This document shows, in pieces, positions 13,201 through 26,235 of a stretch of DNA of 64,000 nt (position 1 is its first letter; the number at the start of each line of letters is the position of its first letter). A model generated the notes under the pieces. That model had not been told where the DNA came from. It ran no database searches and saw nothing but the letters and a program-made list of their open reading frames with translations. Position numbers and translations under genes: made by a program. Source of the stretch: Eledone cirrhosa (Eukaryota). The stretch spans positions 130,262,001 to 130,326,000 of the forward strand of contig OZ024745.1 in assembly GCA_964016885.1 (NCBI GenBank). Reading direction: 5' to 3'.

Positions 13201-13854
13201 AAAATCACTAAGATTAAAAAGCGGGTGCAAATGGGGATTGTGTAACGTGTTATATTCCTTTCATTTCGTAATTGGTAATGTCGCTGATCGAAATAATTCA
13301 ATACCTTATATATGAACAGGATTGTAAAGATATATGTCTCATATTATGTCCATATTTACCATTACGATATAATTGATAGGTAGAATAATCACTAGTAATT
13401 ACATACTGATCCACTTCTTTGGAATGACGTCTTCACTAATGACACTTAAAAGATAAATATAAATATTATCCCCACTAGTTATACAGCGAAGTTATATATT
13501 AAAGCCAGATGTAATATAATGCATCTTTAATCCTTCTCAACTGAGAATGTGACATTCTTTTACTTGGTGATTGGCAATTTACCATGTCTAAGTCGTCGTA
13601 GATACATTAGAGAAAGTCGAATTAATCATTTCTATCCTTGAAGACAAGCACTACAATGAACGTGATATCTATGAGAATGTATTGATCGAAATTTCATTTT
13701 CTTTCAAATATTTAATGAGAACTATGATTTCTAAGTCTTTAAACTAAGTTTTTAGTTTGTGGTCAATTTACTAACGTGAGGACATGTCATACAGTAGGCA
13801 AAACTATACGGAATATTAGCAATCTCATTCAAAGCGGTTGAAAACAGAGATGCA

Positions 13855-13898
<44 letters not shown>

Positions 13899-13968
13899 GA
13901 TGACCCCCAAAAATATATCTACACTTCAAAAGTATTCTAATAAATATTGTCTGTACAGATAATCAATG

Positions 13969-14024
<56 letters not shown>

Positions 14025-14029
<5 letters not shown>

Positions 14030-14497
14030 ATACTTTGGGAGAGTCATGTTGCGAATAAGAAACACATGCACCAGTTGCTTTCACTCCAATTTATTATAAA
14101 TTAAATTTATAAATTTAAGATTTTATAAATTTCCGGTTGGTTGGTTGGTTGGTTGGTTCCATAACCGGACGGTTGTTGAACACACACAAAAAAAGATGTC
14201 GTAGGACAGAACAAAGGAGAGGCACAAAACAAAGAAAAGAATCCCTAGTCACTGAAGAGGTCACAGAATGTGACGAACGAACTTTCAGAATATATGAACA
14301 ACCGTCCGGTTATGGAACCAACCAACCAACCGGAAATTTATAAATTCTTAAATTTATAAATTTAATTTATAATAAATTGAAGTGAAACAACTGGTGCATG
14401 TGTTTCTTATTTGCAACATGACCCTCACAAAGCATAACAATATCGGTTTCAACACACGTTTTGAGATAAAGAATCTTGTTAAACAAATTCAGAAACG

Positions 14498-14500
<3 letters not shown>
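14025..14500 (+). mobile_element. Third fold-back copy of the same PLE pLTR
   Basis: Inverted arm about 14025-14178; sense arm + tail about 14180-14500. Decayed hammerhead near 14248-14290. (TA)n on both sides. Confidence 0.9.
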
Positions 14501-14588
<88 letters not shown>

Positions 14589-14830
14589 TAGATAGATAAA
14601 TCTACCAAAATATACGGTAGTGTCCAATCCGTATGAAGAACTCATTATTTTAGAAGACAGCATATATATGTGTAGGTATGTATATTCCCTCTAATAGTTT
14701 GTAAAAATGTTACATAGATCTATATGATATACATACCAACACACACATATATATCCTAGAAACGATCGTAAAATGATGAATATTTTAATATAAGGAACTG
14801 TTTCTTTGTTTTTATTCATTATTTTTATTA

Positions 14831-14898
<68 letters not shown>

Positions 14899-14901
<3 letters not shown>

Positions 14902-15011
14902 AAAAGAGTCAGGACCTCGACGGCTGAGCTCCGGCGGTTCCGAAAGCTAGATCCGGATCTAGCTCTCGAAACAGCCGGAGCTCAGCCGTCGAGGTCCTGA
15001 CTCTCTCTCTA
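14899..15011. repeat. GC-rich near-perfect palindrome (about 55-bp arms, no spacer) adjacent to (TA)n
   Basis: AGAGTCAGGACCTCGACGGCTGAGCTCCGGC...CTAGATCC|GGATCTAG...GCCGGAGCTCAGCCGTCGAGGTCCTGACTCT. Confidence 0.9.
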
Positions 15012-15610
15012 TACATATGTATATATGCGTATGTGTATACAAGTGGATGTATTTGTGGGGGAGTTTCGGTGTGTGTATAAATCACGCTTAGTATTATATG
15101 GTAAGAAATCAGATGCTGAACGTTACTTTGATTTGACCTCTTAGCCAACGCATTTCAGCTTTAGAGAAAGGATGTAGGTCGAGATTCGTTTTGTGACGTA
15201 AATTCCATTCATCAATATAACGTGTTTTGAGCATAACTCATTCTTTACTCTTTCTTCTAAACATTTTTACTACTTCTTCAACGTTCTATCTATTTTATAT
15301 TCTTAATACATTCTGTAATACATATATTTATATATTTTTACATTCTTTGATTTTTTTTCTCTTAAGATTTCAATCTTGAAACAAGATCTTCGAAGTTCAA
15401 TTTCCTTGAAAGGGAAGGAGCAAAGTGTAAGACATAAGCACATGTACTGTCGTCAGATCTCGCCATCAAAGTACAATCTGATATCTCGCAAGACTGTTGA
15501 TGAATAGTGTCAATGACCCAATGGACCATTTCTCATTTAGTAAAAATGATTTATACTAAGAGTAAGAAATAAAGAGAGCTAGAGATAGAAAGATAGATAG
15601 AGAGATAGAA

Positions 15611-15702
<92 letters not shown>

Positions 15703-16038
15703 GAAGTACTAGACAGACGAAGATCAAGGCATGTGGGAAAAAGAGAAAGTGAGAAAGAAAACTAGAAAAATTAGGATTAGATCTAAAATGATCACATGAA
15801 AATAAAACTGAGACGTCTTTTTCGTTGCCTTCGATGTTTTCAACACCGCCACCATCACTATAATTTAAAATTCTGTATTGTTTATTGATCTGAAGGATAA
15901 AAGGTAAAGTTTGCTTTGGTTCAACTTAAAGACAGGAATTCACACAAGCACACACACGTACTTACACTCACACAGAGTAATCACATATATGTATATACAC
16001 AAATACACGCACAGACTTGTATGTGTAGAAATGAATGC

Positions 16039-16111
<73 letters not shown>

Positions 16112-16418
16112 AGAGCTGGTCATTCCGTATAGCCAATCATGATGTAATATTAGGAAAAGCACTCGCCGTTATGCAACTCATCCATCTTTGATGTTGAATT
16201 TGAATCTTGTTAGTGGTGCGAGAACGGAGTTAATTTTGTTGAGTAAAATGATAGAAGGCCGGACTGGTGAAACTCCTTCAAAGATTTATTATAGCAAACA
16301 ATCTTTGAAGGTATTTCAACAGTCCGGCTCCCTGTTATTTTACTCAATGATTATATATATATATATATATATAGTGACGAAACATAAGTCAATTGTATGA
16401 ACTCATAAACCTTTATTT

Positions 16419-16474
16419 ACTGCTATATATATTTCGATGATAGCCATTGAATGGCTATGACCTCATCAGGCAGT
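16419..16474 (-). ncRNA. Minimal type I hammerhead ribozyme in a short element (about 16374-16537) between two (TA)n tracts
   Basis: Minus strand: ACTGC-CTGATGA-ggtcATAGCCATT(c)AATGGCTATcatc-GAAA-TATATA-TA-GCAGT. Perfect 5-bp stem I, long stem II, palindromic stem III. Confidence 0.85.
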
Positions 16475-16533
16475 TAGTCAGTTCTTAGATATGCCAGCTC
16501 TGTGTTTATAGTGTTAATGGTATCCGAGCCTTG

Positions 16534-16598
<65 letters not shown>

Positions 16599-16918
16599 GG
16601 ACAGTGAAATCCATAGCAGCTACGTATAAATTGCTCATATATCATAGTGTTTCAAATGCTTTGGGCAATATTATATCCTAAAGTTGCTTGTAAGATTCAA
16701 AGTATGTTGGCATTTTCAAAGACATGAACATTTAAGCGATGTTTGTGAATTGAGCCCTTCACATTTCCAATTTAACTCCACCCCATTCTATAACTGTCAC
16801 TATATCTATATTTCAAGGTGTGACGTTGTCTGCCTAATTAGATATGATTGAAAGTCAAGCCACAACTCGTGTGTAATCATGGTTGCATAACTATATATAC
16901 ATATATATATATATATAT

Positions 16919-17950
16919 AGTAATAATAATAAATTTGAAGACTAAAATTCAAAGAGGGCTCGATAAGGATAAATATATATCCAATATATAAGAACCGTAG
17001 GGCAAATATTTATTAAAATAACAGATTAAAGTTTAAGCAAAATATAGCTGATTTCACCCTTAACGGGATATTCTGAACCTAAAAAAGCCAATCTGTGAAC
17101 GCAGAAGTAAATATTTCAAAAAACGTTGCAACGGAAGGAAGACAGGGAGACGATTCTTTGGTTCGTGGAAACGTTCCCTGGCAAAGAACGAAAAAAAAAC
17201 GAAGATAGTACGTCATTATTTGGTGCGGTTAAAACAATTACACGCAAAGACAAAACCACGTTTATGGTATAAATGAAGTCGTAGACTAATATTCTATTAC
17301 GTGGTTCATAGAGACGTTCTCTGGCAATGAACGGAAACAACGAAGATAATACATCATTATGTGTAACAATGAGAACAATTACACGCAAAGACAAAGCCAT
17401 GTGTAAATGGTATAACTGAAGTCGTAGATTAAAATTCTATTTAGGAAACCGAATGATTCTCGGCTTCAGAGTTAAGAATAAAGTAAATAAAATACAGAGG
17501 TAATTGAAATTAAATATACATACACGCATCCATATACGTACATACACAAGAATAGGCGAAAACACTCGCCATGGATGCGTGTATGTATATATTTAATTTT
17601 TATTACTTTTGTATTTTTTTTACTTTATTCTTAACTCTGAAGCCAAGAATCATTCGGTTTTCTAAATAGAATTTTAATCTACGACTTCAGTTATACCATT
17701 TACGTGGTAATTGTTCTCATTGTTCGACATAATGACGTATTATCTTCGTTTTTTTTCGTTCATTGCCAGAGAACATCTACATGAACCCCCTAATAGAATA
17801 TTAGTCTACAACTTCATTTATACCATAAACGTGGTTTTGTCTTTGCGTCTAATTGTTTTCAACGGTCCAAATAATGACGTATTATCTTCGTTTTTTTTTC
17901 GTTCTTTGCCAGGGTACGTTTCCACGAACCAAAGTATTGTCGTCTTCCGA
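16919..17950. mobile_element. Long fold-back element (arms about 17140-17535 and 17572-17945), probable PLE-type pLTR family
   Basis: About 380-bp diverged inverted repeat between TA tracts. Homologous to 60527-61253. Confidence 0.7.
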
Positions 17951-19164
17951 GCTTTTATAATATATATATAGAGAGAGAGATAGATAGATATAGACATACG
18001 CATTTATATTTATATATATATACACGTATAATGCTCCAGCTCCTGCAATTCTTGCACTGCACAGGCGCCTTCGAGAAGATGAGTGTTTCTGTCTTCCTAG
18101 CACCTATTTTCATTCGTGCCGTGCAGCAAACCTATCCAATGTCGGAGATTACCTTTCTAGAGATTAAGTAGTACCATGTTATTTGCAAATTCTTGCCGAC
18201 TGATCTTGCACACTAACGTCTTCATAACACTTCCACGGGCCCAACTATTTGAAATTCAAGATAATACTATTTTTATTATATTCATGATATTTTAACTGCA
18301 AATACTTTAGTATTAACTGCAAATATTTTGTATTTTGTGTACAAATTAGGAAGATACACGTTCAGGTACACTCACATATTAAATAAACGAGATAGAGAAA
18401 AATAACAATGAAGAAAAAACATAAATGCAATTATCACAAAGATGACGCCTTGCTTCTACAACAAACTCCGCAGCTTAGATATTGAAATCAACATCATATA
18501 TGCATAGTTTAGTTTCTCAAATTTAAGACGTAGATGCGTCAGGTCTTATTTATATAACAAAAAACACTCCAAGTGTTTAATAACCAATCAGAAAATCAAA
18601 TACACAATGAATTCAAGCAGATAGAAATTCCGTTTAGATGAATTTATGTATAGTTTGAAAAACGTTGCTATATATATACCTGTACATTACTTTAAGCTGA
18701 GTAGCCACAAAAATAACATCAACAGTAACAGCAAAACAATAATATACAGAACAACACGAGCTGCAGCTACGGTAAGAAATACGTCTTGCATATCAGATCT
18801 CAGGAAATATATGGAAAAAAAAGTTGAGAATGAAGCTGAAAGTTATTCAGCTAAGGGCCGCCTGGCATCTGGTGAAGTACATTTATCTACGTCTTGAAAT
18901 CGTTGCTGACACAGAAATATTGGAAATTATTAATATAAAAATGCTGTCATCTTCTATATAATGTGTTGATTGCTCTTTTCATACGTTCTAGCTGACATAT
19001 ATTAATATTAAAAGTGAACAAAGATTCAGTATTGCGTCATTTACATATTTAGTTACATACTACATATGTTTCACTGCCGATCAGCTCGAGGAATGATCGA
19101 TTAATGCTCGATGCTGACACTGGAATCGGAAGCTCCTCAGATATATATTCTCACATGTCAACAT

Positions 19165-19237
<73 letters not shown>

Positions 19238-19329
19238 CGAGAGAGTGAGTAAATGTGTGTTGGGCTTCTGTAGTTTCCGTCTAGGAATGTCCATTTACAC
19301 GTTCACTTAGTAGAATACACATGACCAAA

Positions 19330-19725
19330 ATAACGTTTAGTGTGACTGAACCCTAGAAAACAGGCTGGCGAAGCGAACTTTAACTATACAGACTATGCAT
19401 GGTCCCGTAAGTTTTGAGAGAGTCGTAGGGGTGACATATTGACGCCTTTCCTGGGCATTTTTAAGCTTGGCAGAGCCCATCTCTCCAGGTCTGAATACAG
19501 TAGATTTCTTCCAGAGAAGAATAGAAAGTGGGAGAGAGGAAGTGAGAAAGAGATATAGAAGAACAATCAACACCAGTACTATACTTGTACTTTGTTTTAT
19601 CGACCTCGAAATGATGAAAGGCAAAGTTACTCCTCGGCGGGATTAGAACTCAGAGAGCAGAGAGCCCGAACGAATACCGCAAATAATTCTATCCGACGTT
19701 CTAACGACTCTGACAATTCACCGCC
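19330..19725 (-). mobile_element. SINE with a family A head/core but a different long 3' tail (tail also at about 12390-12600)
   Basis: Head GGCGGTGAATTGTCAGAGTCGTTAG, B box and core. The tail matches 12390-12570. Confidence 0.7.
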
Positions 19726-20889
19726 TACATATTCATTTAAATAAGACGGTGTATATGTATATCTGTTTCTGTTTCTGCATACAACATTCACGGTGTATAC
19801 GTTAGTGTGTGTTGGAAGGAGGTGTCTATTTAGTATCATTTAATTGCCGTCTCATCCACAATCGAATCTTTTAAATTAATGTTGATTGAAGATTTCTGTA
19901 AATACACTCAAATAGGAATAATTCAAGAGGATTTCAATGGAGTGTATTTTAGCTGGCGGCCATAAATGAATAAAAATAACTAACACAATAAATCGAAGAA
20001 TTCTTTTTAAAAAATGTAAATACACAAATCTAATAAGAAAAAAATATTCTAACATCATCCAATTTAAAGAAGAAGAAGAAGAAGAAGAAGAAGTTTTAAT
20101 GACATCATCATCATCATGTCTTCGTATAGGAATATGACCAATGACAAACTATAACTACATTGCAGGGCAAACAACAGCTTAAATTTAAGCCCAACACGTG
20201 GACGCCTTTATCTAGTCGCTCCGTCTACTAGAAATAGTAACTAAATCTTTCACGAATCACTCTGAAGTCACATGACACATAGGCTAATTTATTCCTAGAA
20301 ATATTGTCTGAGTAAATGGCAGGATGACCAACATGGGTGTACCTTGACTATAGGTTTGTTATGTTAGCCCCTCCCCTTCTTCTTCTTCTTCTTCTTCTTC
20401 TTCTTCTTCTTCTTCTTCTTCTTCTTCTTCTTTTTTCTTCTTTTTTCTTTTTCTTTTTTTCTTCTACCTCTTCTTTTTTCTTTTTCCTTTTTTTTCTTCT
20501 TTTTCTTCTCTTTCTTCTCCTTCTTCTTCTTCTTCTTCTACGATCCCTAGCTCGCGATAGAGGGAGAGGTCACCCTCTCAGCCAATATGTTCTTCCACGC
20601 TATAATATCCATGGCGCTGACCAACAACAACAACAACCACAACGTCAACAACAACAACAACAACCACAACGTCAACAACTACAACAACTTCTTGGTTTAT
20701 ATGTACACGACAATGACAGAATAAGAAAAAAAAATAGAGAGAGAGAGAGAGAGAGGGGTGGAGATAGAGAAAAAATGAGAGAGATAGAGAGAGAGAAAGA
20801 GAGAGAGAGGGGGAGAGTTTGAAATGTGATGCAGTCGTGAAGGGTTTTCATGATTACCTGCAAACAAAAGGTTCAGGAAGAAATGTAAG

Positions 20890-21360
20890 AGAATAATTGT
20901 TTCTACTTTTGGCATAACGTAAAGGGCCATAACTCTATGCTGCAAAGCATGGTGTTCAACGTTCTACCGGTACTGCCTTTACTGTCTTTACATAGTTATA
21001 GTGTTTCTACTTTTGGAACAAGGCCAGCAATGGCCCTAGTGTATTACTGGTGCTTTATTTCATCGACGCCGTAAGGATGAAAGGCAAAGTTACACTCGGT
21101 GTGCTTTGAACTCAGAACGTAAAGGGATATAACTCTATGCTTCAAATCATGACATCCGACGCTCTACCGATACTGCCAATCTACTGTCTTTACATAGTAA
21201 TAATATTTGTGTCTATATTTGGCACAAGGCCAGCAATTACTCCAGTGCTACTTTATATTATGAATCCTGTAAGGATGAGTTGGGTGACAAAGTTAACCTC
21301 GGTGTGATTTGAAGTCAGAACGTAAAGGACCGTAACTCTATGCTGCAAAGCATGGTGTCT
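20890..21360 (-). mobile_element. Cluster of three family A SINEs (partly deleted)
   Basis: Reverse-complement matches to the family consensus. Confidence 0.8.
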
Positions 21361-21635
21361 GATAAAATATAAAGAAAAATTCAACTGATAAGGTATGTTT
21401 CCTTGGTTATGTCAAAATTTATAAAACACTCTTTATATTTTATCTGATGAAAGCGTACCAAAGTTTTTGGTACCCTTGAAACATATGTAATAGAATAAAT
21501 ATGGTTTTATAAATATAGTTTCCATTTATTTAATAACATTGAATATTTACTCCAGAAACTGTCGAGTGCTCTGAATCAGTTATAAACATTTATATTTGTT
21601 GAATTTCCAACAAATTAAATATCCCTTCTACTTAT
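21361..21635 (+). mobile_element. Diverged copy of the 6.6-7.0 kb pLTR-like element including its tail
   Basis: Aligns by eye with 6870-7018 and with the reverse complement of 6612-6700. Ends in a TA-rich microsatellite. Confidence 0.75.
21436..21497 (+). ncRNA. Minimal type I hammerhead ribozyme (homologue of 6910-6974)
   Basis: TATTTTAT-CTGATGA-AAGcGTACCA(aagttt)TGGTACcCTT-GAAA-CATATG-TA-ATAGAATA with a GUA triplet. Differences from the 6.9 kb copy preserve pairing. Confidence 0.85.
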
Positions 21636-21730
21636 AAAATATACATATATATATGTGTATACATATGTATATATATATGTGTGTATACACAAATATTTTA
21701 TATATATATATATTACATATCTTAATATAC

Positions 21731-21796
<66 letters not shown>

Positions 21797-21881
21797 CCAA
21801 AAGCACGTGTGTATCGTTATTTTTAATATAGTATCGTTCCCTCACTGTAATACTTTTTATATACAACTATATATATCCCCT

Positions 21882-21920
<39 letters not shown>

Positions 21921-21931
21921 CTGTGTGTGTT

Positions 21932-21981
<50 letters not shown>

Positions 21982-22377
21982 TCAATCTTATTAAAGCAAC
22001 CTTTCCGTTTATTCCCATTCATGTGCCTCTATTGTATTGTTTTGCCCTTGTTACTTTCATTCCTCTAGTTTGTATACTTCCAGTATATTTTGTATCATTG
22101 TATCTCTTTCATTTCATTCTGCATTCCCTCTCACCGCTGTTGATCCTTCTCTATTATAATACTTTTATCCCTTCTCTCCATTCGCTAATTACACCTAAGG
22201 TTTCCGTTCATTTAAGAGAAATCTTATAAAGAAACCGGAGTTATTTGGTTTGTAATGATATTGCTAGAGTTTCATTTTGGTGACTATATGATCAGAAAAT
22301 GTACAGAAAAAAAATAGAATATACACACTTACGCACTGTGAAAAGACTTAGCTTTTCTTGCATATCAACACAGTACT

Positions 22378-22433
<56 letters not shown>

Positions 22434-22599
22434 GAAGTATTTCCGTCGGAAAGGTACAAGAAAAAAGAGTGCTCTATGTAGGCTACAGAGCTTATTAGTT
22501 ATGTTATAAACAAGATAAGATGATTATTTCATTTACCGGTGGTTTCTTGATGGCAGATGTTGTGTCTGTGTCTGTCTTCAGTCGTCAGAATAAATAAAT

Positions 22600-22637
<38 letters not shown>

Positions 22638-22639
22638 TA

Positions 22640-22678
22640 TGTATACGTACATACATATATGTATACAGACGTACAGTA

Positions 22679-22712
<34 letters not shown>

Positions 22713-22918
22713 GCACACATATATATATGTACGTATGGATTTACCGAACATTTATTATAATGCTCGGTGTGTTTGTAAACAAACATCCCGTATTAAGCCG
22801 TACAGTGTCTAGCAACCATCGTTGCTCATTTGTTCAACACTACGGCTTAATACAAACACACCGAGCATTATAATAAATGTTCGGTGAATCCATACATACA
22901 TATATATATGTGTGCATG

Positions 22919-22980
<62 letters not shown>

Positions 22981-23015
22981 CTACTCTACGTCTGTATACA
23001 TATATGTATGTATAC
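22640..23015. repeat. Inverted duplication including microsatellite and unique DNA, with a nested central hairpin
   Basis: 22640-22778 pairs with 22850-23015. Central GTATTAAGCCGTA...TACGGCTTAATAC. Confidence 0.8.
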
Positions 23016-23065
<50 letters not shown>

Positions 23066-23086
23066 GGATAGATAGAAAGATAGATA

Positions 23087-23448
23087 TCTTTCTTTATTTG
23101 CCACAGGGGCGTACAAATGTGGGACATTACATGACGTGACGGCGAGGGTTTTACATAAAAATCATATAACTTTAACATTAATAAATAACAATAAACTATA
23201 TATAATAAAATAACAATTGAAATCCCCAATAGAGGGGAACGTAACTACAGGGTTGTTTTACACCCCGTGGATAGAACAACCCTCAAAACCAAGAACACGT
23301 TTTGTAGGTGTGTCCGTCTTCCCTCTGTTAATCTTCCTCAACCTACAGGTTTATAAACAGAGAAGGCCCATTCACTCGGGCCATTTTCGCCAGATTTACC
23401 CACCTTTCAGCGAATTTACTGGGGTGTAGCACCTCTCTCTCCACTCTC
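23087..23448 (-). mobile_element. Short 3' fragment of a sister Tx1-like subfamily, also in (GATA)n
   Basis: Encodes RVEREVLHPSKFAERWVNLAKMARVNGPSLFINL*, versus RMEREVLHPSRFYERWVKVARMARVNGPSLYISL* in the long copy. Diverged 3' UTR ending AATAAAGAAAG. Confidence 0.88.
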
Positions 23449-23543
<95 letters not shown>

Positions 23544-25363
23544 TGTTTCTTTTATTTGCGACCAGGGCATCAAAAGTGGGACAAGTACAAAGGGGGGAGT
23601 TTACACAAAAAGGCGTCCTCAATAAGGAGGAGGCAATAACAAAATATAAAAATAAAATAAAATATAACAAAAAATAAAATTTATAACAAAATCCTCAATA
23701 GAGAGAAGGCGCCTTGGAGGGTCGCACACACCCCCGAAAAAAGTGTGCAACCCTTTTCCTCAGGAGCACAGAGAGGGGGTGCTCCCTCGTTCCTTCCTCT
23801 TTTCCACCTACAGGCTTATGTAAAGAGAAGGCCCATTCACACGGGCCATTCTCGCCACTTTCACCCACCTTTCATAAAAACGACTGGGGTGGAGCACCTC
23901 TCTCTCCATCCTGATCCTTCTTCCGAAATGATATCGGAAGAAACAGACCAGTTGTTGGCCAGAGAGAAAGGTGCCTGACCTCAGTCCTTTCAGACGCGTC
24001 CACCATACAACCTCTTTCGCCATGGCTATTACGCACAGAAACACCGCCTCTGCTTCATCTTTGAAGGGGGGAGGCGGCTTGATCATTACAATAGACTCGG
24101 TGGTCAACCGGATCGGTCCCACCCTTGACAGCATTTGTTCGACATAGCCCCACAGATCGGCTACGCCCGAGCAGTGTACCAATGCGTGTGCAACGGTTTC
24201 CTCGTCGCACACGCATCTGGGACAGATCTTTTTGGCGGGGTGCCTACCCGGGCGCCCGTGTCTGTAGAGCCTTTCTCGAACGGGTAAAGCCCCTCGGTAG
24301 CACTGCCAGGCCAGGGACTTCTGGAAGATGTCCATAGGCTCCGGGCTGAATGTCCTACCGAACAGGCTGGCCAGTTCGTCCTCCTCCATGTCTAAGGCTT
24401 CTCCGAGGACGTCGTCGCACCTACTGCGTACCAGCCCTCTATAGAATGTTGCGGTGGAGTCTCCACTGATAACCGGATCCGCCTGCCAGAGGGCGGTGAG
24501 CGCCTTGGCACACTCAGTGTGCCAGGCGCCCAGTTTTCTCGGTCTTTGCTTGACCCAGGATTGCAGCTCGGTGAGTGAGACGAGTCTGGGAAAGATTCGT
24601 CTCACAAACGAGGCCCACACCGGTTGACCGGTGAGGAATACGTAGAGGTGCCGTAGCCTTAATGCGTGTTTACGCATCATTAGCCACGGCATCCCCAGCC
24701 CTCCTTTTGAAGGGTGTTGACAGCAGATGGATCTCCTCACCATAGGAGCCCGCCTCTTCCAAAGGAATTGGAAGAGTGCGCGCTCCATCTTGGTGAGGGT
24801 TTCCCTTGGGCAGGGCATTACGGTCAGGCGGTAGTAGATGACGGACGCTATGTAGGTGTTCGCCACCTCCGCCCGACCTTTCAGGGATAGTTTGCAACTG
24901 GCCCACTTCTGGGTCAGTGCAAACACCCTGTTCGTAACCTCCGCCCAGTTTTTCTCCACCTGGAGGTCCGGTCCGAACCAGACCCCGAGCAACTTCACCG
25001 AGCCCTCCGTCCAGCGTCCGACGACGCCATCGGAGGGCATCGGTCTGCCCCTCCACGTGCCGAGTTGCAAACCGATCGACTTGTCCCGGTTCAGCTTAGC
25101 CCCTGTGAACCCCTCGTACTCCTCCAGTAAGGTGCCGACCGCCTCGATTTCGGAGGCCGTCGACACCATTACTGTCACGTCATCGGCGTAGGCCGACACC
25201 GCTTTCCGCAATCCCGGTTCCAAAGGGATGCCCTGCAACAACTCCAATTTCCGCAGTAGTGGCTCGAGAGTCAACACATACAGAAGGGAGGAGAGAGGGC
25301 ACCCTTGTCGGATGGACCGCGCGATTTTGAACGGCTCCGAGAGGTAGCCGTTCACCTTGACCC
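23544..25363 (-). mobile_element. 5'-truncated Tx1/L1-clade non-LTR retrotransposon embedded in (GATA)n
   Basis: GC-rich island with a 3' UTR ending AATAAAAGAAAC. (GATA)n directly abuts both ends. Confidence 0.92.
23808..25355 (-). CDS. Tx1/L1-type ORF2 C-terminal part (RT + CCHC zinc knuckle), uninterrupted 515 aa but lacking the N-terminus
   Basis: Motifs SIRQGCPLS, AYADDV, KLLGVWF, LSLKGR, KGGLG and CPRC-x5-TVAHALVHC. Confidence 0.9.
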   Translation of the reverse strand: MNGYLSEPFKIARSIRQGCPLSSLLYVLTLEPLLRKLELLQGIPLEPGLRKAVSAYADDVTVMVSTASEIEAVGTLLEEYEGFTGAKLNRDKSIGLQLGTWRGRPMPSDGVVGRWTEGSVKLLGVWFGPDLQVEKNWAEVTNRVFALTQKWASCKLSLKGRAEVANTYIASVIYYRLTVMPCPRETLTKMERALFQFLWKRRAPMVRRSICCQHPSKGGLGMPWLMMRKHALRLRHLYVFLTGQPVWASFVRRIFPRLVSLTELQSWVKQRPRKLGAWHTECAKALTALWQADPVISGDSTATFYRGLVRSRCDDVLGEALDMEEDELASLFGRTFSPEPMDIFQKSLAWQCYRGALPVRERLYRHGRPGRHPAKKICPRCVCDEETVAHALVHCSGVADLWGYVEQMLSRVGPIRLTTESIVMIKPPPPFKDEAEAVFLCVIAMAKEVVWWTRLKGLRSGTFLSGQQLVCFFRYHFGRRIRMEREVLHPSRFYERWVKVARMARVNGPSLYISL

Positions 25364-25458
<95 letters not shown>

Positions 25459-25460
25459 GT

Positions 25461-25491
<31 letters not shown>

Positions 25492-25845
25492 TTAGATAGA
25501 TAGATAGGTAGTTAGATACATATATAGATAGAGCTAGATAGATAGATACTTACATACATACTGATATGCATATACAGAAATGTATATAAATATATATATT
25601 CATATATTTATTCATATATTTATTCATAGATGTTATTCTGAGGTATATACAATTATACATGTTTTCTTAATGGGCATGTGTATGCATACATATATCTATA
25701 TGTCTATATATATTTATATATATTACACATCTCATTAGCTCCATTTCTTATTCTACTTTTTCTCTCATTTATTTTCTCTTTCTTCCATATTACATATATT
25801 CAACAAAAACCAGGCTTTCTTGTTCCCATTATTAATATTTGTTTA

Positions 25846-26235
25846 GGGCGGTGAATTGGCAGCATTGGTAGAGGGTCAGACATGCTTTCCAGCGTAGTTA
25901 CGTCCCTTTAGAATCTGAGTTCAAATCTCGCTGAGGTTAACTTTGCCTTTCATCCTTACGGGGTCGATAAAATAAAGTACCAGTAATACACTGGGATAAT
26001 TGCTGGACTTGTGCCACAAGTAGAAACAATTATTAATATTTGTTTAGGGGCGGTGGATTGGCAGAGGGTCGGACGCCATGCTTTGATGCATAGAGTTACG
26101 GCCCTTGCCATTCTGAGTTCAAATCCCGCCGAAGTTAACTTTGCCTTTCATCCTTACGGGGTCGATAAAATAAAGTACCAGTAATGCACTGGTTAATTGC
26201 TGGCCTTGTGCCAAAAGTAGAAACAGTTATTGATA
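25846..26235 (+). mobile_element. Two tandem family A SINEs
   Basis: Full head/core/tail. Duplicated flank ATTAATATTTGTTTAG precedes each head. Confidence 0.88.

Noticed and set aside
24125-25191. Alternative-frame and antisense ORFs within the Tx1 element
   Set aside because: Shadow ORFs of the GC-rich ORF2.
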